DNA of 12,078 nucleotides from a virus: UHGV virus genome UHGV-0150633; one strand, 5' to 3'. Shown piece by piece: positions 8,638 to 12,078 of this stretch (position 1 is its first letter; each line of letters starts with the position of its first letter). The notes under the pieces were generated by a model. It saw only the letters and a program-made list of their open reading frames with translations, ran no database searches and was not told where the DNA came from. The position numbers and the translations under genes were made by a program.

Positions 8638-9294
8638 TCAGTAAAGAAGAGAGCCGAGAGCACCTACACCTGCACCAATTGCTGCTCCCCATGGACCACC
8701 AACACTGCCACCAATAGCAGCACCAGAACCTATTCCACCAATCAATTTCTGACCTGTAGATGGTCGGTTGGCATTTGCTGCGACTGCTGCTGCCTGCTGT
8801 TGATACAACTGACTGGCATTGTTTGCATAGGTCTGTCCGGCGTTTGCCTGACCTGTAAGAGCACCAAGGCCAATGTTTGCCAGATTGTTGTAGTTGTTCA
8901 TCTGACCTGACAGCCAGTTTTGACCGAGTGTAGGTGCGATTGCTGCTAACTGGTTTCCTGTTGCTGTAGAGCCTAATCCACCCGTTGCCTCTGCTGCTGC
9001 CAGACTCTGATAGCGCGCCTGCCCTGCAAGGTCTTTGTACTGCTGAGAGTTGTAATACTGGTTAAGCGCCTGACCTTGCCCCTGAAGAGAGGAAAGATTC
9101 TGCAACTGTGATACGTACTGCTGAGCGAGTGGCGTGAACGGTGCAAGGTTTTGCATGTTCGTCTGCCACATTTCACGCTGCAGTTCGATGCCCTTTTCAG
9201 TTGCGCGGGCCTGCTCTTTTGCTCCGCTATCACTGCCACCTTTGCAGTACACAGCTTTGCTGAGGTGCTTATTGGCTATCTGGAAAATTAACAT
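8638..9294 (-). CDS. Ejection protein, P22 gp7-like
   Basis: 218-aa ORF with a Gly/Ala-rich C-terminus (GGIGSGAAIGGSVGGPWGAAIGAGVGALGSLLY) and a Gln/Asn-rich middle (MQNLAPFTPLAQQYVSQLQNLSSLQGQGQALNQYYN), both characteristic of the gp7 family as I recall it. ATG at 9294 has GAGGAG 7 nt upstream; overlaps the upstream gene by 26 nt. Confidence 0.8.
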   Translation of the reverse strand: MLIFQIANKHLSKAVYCKGGSDSGAKEQARATEKGIELQREMWQTNMQNLAPFTPLAQQYVSQLQNLSSLQGQGQALNQYYNSQQYKDLAGQARYQSLAAAEATGGLGSTATGNQLAAIAPTLGQNWLSGQMNNYNNLANIGLGALTGQANAGQTYANNASQLYQQQAAAVAANANRPSTGQKLIGGIGSGAAIGGSVGGPWGAAIGAGVGALGSLLY

Positions 9295-9751
9295 TCTTTA
9301 GCTCCTCGTATTTTGAGCGCGGTAACTGATAAATCGTGATGCCCACAGGCTTTCCATTGCTGGTATAAGCATCATCAAGGTGACCAACACGGGTAGCGCC
9401 AAGCAAACGGATAATTGCCCGTCCGTATTTCGTTGTGTCAGGAACCATGGTGATGCTGTTAAGGAATGGTGAGTTTTCGAGAAGCCATTTGCAGAATAAT
9501 CGATGCCCTTGCAGTGCATATTCACCACGGAATCCGGGGTCGTACACCGCATGGCATTCAACAACGCTATGCCAGAAGTTACGCACTTCATGAACGCCAG
9601 CCAGCACTAATCCTTCGTAGATGCCGAGGTATACCGCATCAGGCTTGATGTAGTATTTATCTCCACTGTCTACGATATTTCCCGTGTTTGCCGGGTTGTT
9701 GAGGAATTCTGCAAGCTTCACCGGATTATCGATGAGCTTTATTTCCATCAC
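9269..9751 (-). CDS. P22 gp14-like protein (assigned by synteny; ejection/assembly accessory)
   Basis: 160-aa ORF between the needle and gp7-like genes, as gene 14 is in P22 (26-14-7-20-16). Track start is GTG at 9751; an ATG one codon downstream (9746-9748) overlaps the needle stop as TGATG and may be the true start. Function inferred from position only. Confidence 0.6.
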   Translation of the reverse strand: MMEIKLIDNPVKLAEFLNNPANTGNIVDSGDKYYIKPDAVYLGIYEGLVLAGVHEVRNFWHSVVECHAVYDPGFRGEYALQGHRLFCKWLLENSPFLNSITMVPDTTKYGRAIIRLLGATRVGHLDDAYTSNGKPVGITIYQLPRSKYEELKNVNFPDSQ

Positions 9752-10560
9752 TGCTCCGCAATGATTTTGATGGTTGTGGCAGTAAACGCCGCACCATTAG
9801 ACTGAATGGTTAACGTGCTGCCATTTGTGGCAAGAAAGCCGTCTTTATCCACGCTGAAGAACGTAGCTAACAGGATGTTGTCGGTTGTTGTCGCCGCATT
9901 ACGACTGCTGACCAGCGTATCAGGAACAGAGCCGGAGAATGTTAGCTGCATTGACCTGTTGGCGGTTCCGCTGGGCCACGTCCCGACGATCGACAGCTTG
10001 AAGAACAAGGTTTTGTTCTCGTTGAACACAACCATCTTGTTGTTAACAGTGTCGAAGAATGGTGCCAACGTGCCGGATGACGGCGTGAGCGTTTTCAGCA
10101 GGCTAACAAGGTTGGTCGGCGCTGTCGGGATTGTTACTGATACGCCAGAGTAAACAACCTCTGACTTTTTGCGAGTAGTGGCATACTCCAGAGCATCAAT
10201 GCGCGCTTCATGGTCTGAAAGCGTGTTTTGAATGGCGACAACTTCATCAGTCAGATAATCAATATCGTTTTCTGCTGTCGTTAATCGCGAATCAAGGCCG
10301 ACTATCGCCGCTTCTGCGTTAGTGATCCTTGTTTCGTGGTCCTGTACCGATGCTTTTCTGGCTGAAATTGAACGCAAAGCAATCCGCAAGTTCATTAACA
10401 GCATTGAACACATCCTGCGTGACAAGCTGTCTCCGTATGACACCGAAGAGATGCTTGAGGCTATGCGTATTTTTCTGGAAGAACAGAGTGGTGAGCAAAA
10501 ATGACAATCACAAAACAACGGGTAGAAGAAATCATATCCCGCATTGAAATGTATGGACAT
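9748..10560 (-). CDS. Tail needle protein (P22 gp26-like with C-terminal knob), apparently 5'-truncated; possible pseudogene
   Basis: The C-terminal ~195 aa show a heptad coiled-coil segment (DHETRITNAEAAIVGLDSRLTTAENDIDYLTDEVVAIQNTLSDHEARIDALE) resembling the P22 gp26 trimeric coiled coil, followed by a beta-rich Ser/Thr-rich knob like Sf6/HK620-type needles. The first ~70 codons of the ORF (10351-10560) give a Cys/Ser-rich peptide unlike a needle N-terminus and are antisense to a better plus-strand coding frame. Homology-supported part is about 9748-10350. Confidence 0.55.
   Translation of the reverse strand: MSIHFNAGYDFFYPLFCDCHFCSPLCSSRKIRIASSISSVSYGDSLSRRMCSMLLMNLRIALRSISARKASVQDHETRITNAEAAIVGLDSRLTTAENDIDYLTDEVVAIQNTLSDHEARIDALEYATTRKKSEVVYSGVSVTIPTAPTNLVSLLKTLTPSSGTLAPFFDTVNNKMVVFNENKTLFFKLSIVGTWPSGTANRSMQLTFSGSVPDTLVSSRNAATTTDNILLATFFSVDKDGFLATNGSTLTIQSNGAAFTATTIKIIAEQ
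10322..10504 (+). CDS. 3' fragment of an early-region gene (hypothetical), 5' end missing
   Basis: Plus-strand frame encodes a charged helical peptide (...AEIERKAIRKFINSIEHILRDKLSPYDTEEMLEAMRIFLEEQSGEQK) whose stop overlaps the ATG of the next gene (ATGA, 10501-10504), a common coupling arrangement in phage operons. It has no ATG or SD at its 5' end and is bounded by an in-frame TAA at 10319-10321. Confidence 0.35.
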   Translation: MILVSWSCTDAFLAEIERKAIRKFINSIEHILRDKLSPYDTEEMLEAMRIFLEEQSGEQK

Positions 10561-10827
10561 GGTGCAGGATATACCGCTAACGAGGTTTATGACCTAGCTG
10601 TACTGGCGCTGAATTTATCAAATATCGCAAACCTGAAGCGATACGAGCTTGATATGGGTGGTTGTGACTCGTGCGGTCAGGATTGTGGCGCTGACATGAC
10701 TGAAGATTCTGATGGCAATTATGTCCTGTTTGATGACGTGGTTAAGTTGTTTGAGTTTGATACAACCACTCAGAAGTTAGAAAGCCCAGCAAAGGAGGTA
10801 ACCAGTGAGCGGAAAAAGAATGACTAA
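10501..10827 (+). CDS. Hypothetical early-region protein (108 aa) with CxxCxxxC cluster
   Basis: ORF with ATG at 10501 coupled to the upstream frame by ATGA; GGTGAG 6 nt upstream. Contains GGCDSCGQDCG and an acidic C-terminal half. Function unknown. Confidence 0.7.
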   Translation: MTITKQRVEEIISRIEMYGHGAGYTANEVYDLAVLALNLSNIANLKRYELDMGGCDSCGQDCGADMTEDSDGNYVLFDDVVKLFEFDTTTQKLESPAKEVTSERKKND

Positions 10828-11029
10828 CAGAGAGCTTGTCGATACCGCGATTAAGCTTGCTGGTGATTTTTATTCAATGATGGGGTACACGCATCGCCCA
10901 GGCTTCAAATATTGGGAGTCTCCTCACCCGCAAGAGCAACTGGTATTTCAAATGGCCTGCCGTGCTTTTGAGGTTATTCGCGGTTCTGATGTGATGGACG
11001 CCGTTGCCGAATTGGAGGATGAAGAGTGA
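10805..11029 (+). CDS. Hypothetical early-region protein (74 aa)
   Basis: GTG start at 10805 with AGGAGG (10793-10798) and a 6-nt spacer; overlaps the upstream gene by 23 nt. Its stop overlaps the next start (GTGA at 11026-11029). Confidence 0.7.
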   Translation: MSGKRMTNRELVDTAIKLAGDFYSMMGYTHRPGFKYWESPHPQEQLVFQMACRAFEVIRGSDVMDAVAELEDEE

Positions 11030-11511
11030 GCAAGATTGACTATCAGGCACTGCGTGAAGCGGCGGAACGTGCAATTCCAGCAATGGAACGCCTGTTAATG
11101 TTGCCAGCTGATGATGATTTGTTAAGTGAACAGGAACTTAAAGATTACGGTGTGGATATTGATGCGCTCAACGCCTTCAAATTTCTGACCGGACCAGAAA
11201 CCGTGCTGGCGCTTCTGGATGAACGGGAAAGAAACCAGCAATACATCAAACGCCGCGACCAGGAGAACGAGGATATTGCGCTAACGGTAGGGAAGTTGCG
11301 CGTTGAGCTTGAGGCAGAAAAACAGCGGGCAAAGGATCTGTTTATGGAAAATGCTCGGCTTAAGTCAGGTATAGCCGGTCTGATACACCTCGGTATTCGA
11401 TATGCAGATGTTGATGTCATGAAAATTGCTGGAGATGCCCAGCTTTCTACCCCATGCACTGACAGCATCATAAACAGCATTGCAACAGGCATTCGCATCA
11501 AAGGAGAGTGA
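11026..11511 (+). CDS. Ead/Ea22-like early-region protein
   Basis: 161-aa ORF; GTG start at 11026 with GGAGG (11014-11018) 7 nt upstream. N-terminus MSKIDYQALREAAERA... and the coiled-coil segment LLDERERNQQYIKRRDQENEDIALTVGKLRVELEAEKQRAKDL resemble the Ead/Ea22-like family of lambdoid prophages (recollection, not searched). Confidence 0.7.
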   Translation: MSKIDYQALREAAERAIPAMERLLMLPADDDLLSEQELKDYGVDIDALNAFKFLTGPETVLALLDERERNQQYIKRRDQENEDIALTVGKLRVELEAEKQRAKDLFMENARLKSGIAGLIHLGIRYADVDVMKIAGDAQLSTPCTDSIINSIATGIRIKGE

Positions 11512-11512
11512 T

Positions 11513-12028
11513 ATGGCGTTAACACACCACGAACTCTGTCAGATTGCGTACAAGTTCCTTAAGCGCAACGGGTTCAAGGTTTGCTTTCATGACCGCTTTG
11601 TTGCTGTAACCAGTACCGGAGAACAGCCAGATGCTATGGGATTCAGAAATTCAGCATCATGCCTGATAGAGGCGAAGTGTTCTCGTGCTGACTTGTTGGC
11701 AGATAGAAAAAAGCGTTTCCGTAAAAATCCCTCACTTGGCATGGGCGACTGGCGATTCTTTATTAGTGAGCCGGAAATTATTTCAGTTGAGGATTTACCT
11801 CCCGGCTGGGGATTACTTCACGTTGTTAACGGAAGAGTACGGAAAGTACATGGATGGCCCAGGGGTAATTGCTGTTGGGGTAATCCTGACGATAAGCCAT
11901 TTACTGGGAATAAGCAGGTTGAATGCGATTACATGTTATCTGCATTAAGGCGCATGGAGTTGAGAGGGCACCTTAATGAAATATATGACGGTGTGATTGT
12001 TAATAAGAAAGAAGGAAACGCGGCATGA
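11513..12028 (+). CDS. PD-(D/E)xK nuclease-fold family protein (hypothetical early-region protein)
   Basis: ATG at 11513 with AAGGAG (11501-11506) and a 6-nt spacer; the track's longer ORF begins at an upstream TTG. Product MALTHHELCQIAYKFLKRNGFKVCFHDRF... carries E7, P39-D40 and E53-A54-K55 in the spacing typical of restriction-endonuclease-like PD-(D/E)xK folds. Confidence 0.75.
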   Translation: MALTHHELCQIAYKFLKRNGFKVCFHDRFVAVTSTGEQPDAMGFRNSASCLIEAKCSRADLLADRKKRFRKNPSLGMGDWRFFISEPEIISVEDLPPGWGLLHVVNGRVRKVHGWPRGNCCWGNPDDKPFTGNKQVECDYMLSALRRMELRGHLNEIYDGVIVNKKEGNAA

Positions 12029-12078
12029 TCACTATTACCAAAGGGCGACTGCTGACAATCAAGCAGTGGCGCGAAACA
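12025..12078 (+). CDS. Hypothetical protein, 5' end only (runs off the window)
   Basis: ATG at 12025 overlapping the stop of the preceding gene (ATGA); open to the end of the window (MITITKGRLLTIKQWRET...). Confidence 0.4.
   Translation, partial: MITITKGRLLTIKQWRET

Noticed and set aside
5655-9648. Short ORFs on either strand within the ejection-protein operon (for example 5655-5921, 6118-6393, 6865-7092, 7379-8162, 8365-8910, 8973-9239, 9298-9591, 9466-9648)
   Set aside because: All are embedded in the long, syntenic, RBS-supported minus-strand genes. Their translations are Cys/Leu/Ser-rich in the way typical of off-frame reads of GC-balanced coding DNA.
9806-10153. Plus-strand 115-aa ORF opposite the needle knob domain
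   Set aside because: Antisense to the homology-supported part of the needle gene; no RBS.
10319-10547. Alternative frames at the junction (minus 10319-10507, plus 10329-10547)
   Set aside because: Out of frame with the coupled plus-strand gene chain; Cys/Arg-rich junk-like translations. The 10322-10504 frame is the one whose stop couples to the next gene.
10874-11948. Minus-strand ORFs 10874-11083 and 11145-11525, and nested plus-strand ORF 11685-11948
   Set aside because: Antisense or nested within the well-supported plus-strand early genes.
1-12078. CRISPR array, tRNA/rRNA genes or IS/transposon ends
   Set aside because: No regularly spaced direct repeats, no cloverleaf-compatible tRNA-like segment seen by eye, and no transposase-like ORF or terminal inverted repeats. 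A tRNA or att core just outside the window cannot be excluded.

Overview
This 12 kb window reads as the att-proximal end of a P22-like (short-tailed) enterobacterial phage or prophage that has been rearranged. Left to right: a tyrosine integrase (+), a 415-bp AT-rich intergenic region, a strongly AT-rich 441-aa polytopic membrane protein (+; candidate O-antigen polymerase or seroconversion gene), a bidirectional hairpin terminator, a tailspike (-) with a P22-family head-binding N-terminus fused to a different beta-helix receptor-binding domain, then the minus-strand ejection-protein operon (gp16-, gp20-, gp7-, gp14-like) and a tail-needle gene that appears to have lost its 5' end. Near 10.32-10.36 kb the needle gene abuts, head to head, a 5'-truncated plus-strand gene leading into a translationally coupled cluster of small early-region genes (Ea22-like protein, PD-(D/E)xK-motif protein). 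The head, portal, terminase, lysis, replication and immunity modules expected between these blocks are absent, so this looks like a deletion derivative, a defective element or an assembly chimera. No rRNA, tRNA, CRISPR array or IS element was recognised. All homology statements come from reading the ORF translations and from recollection of the protein families; no database search was run.
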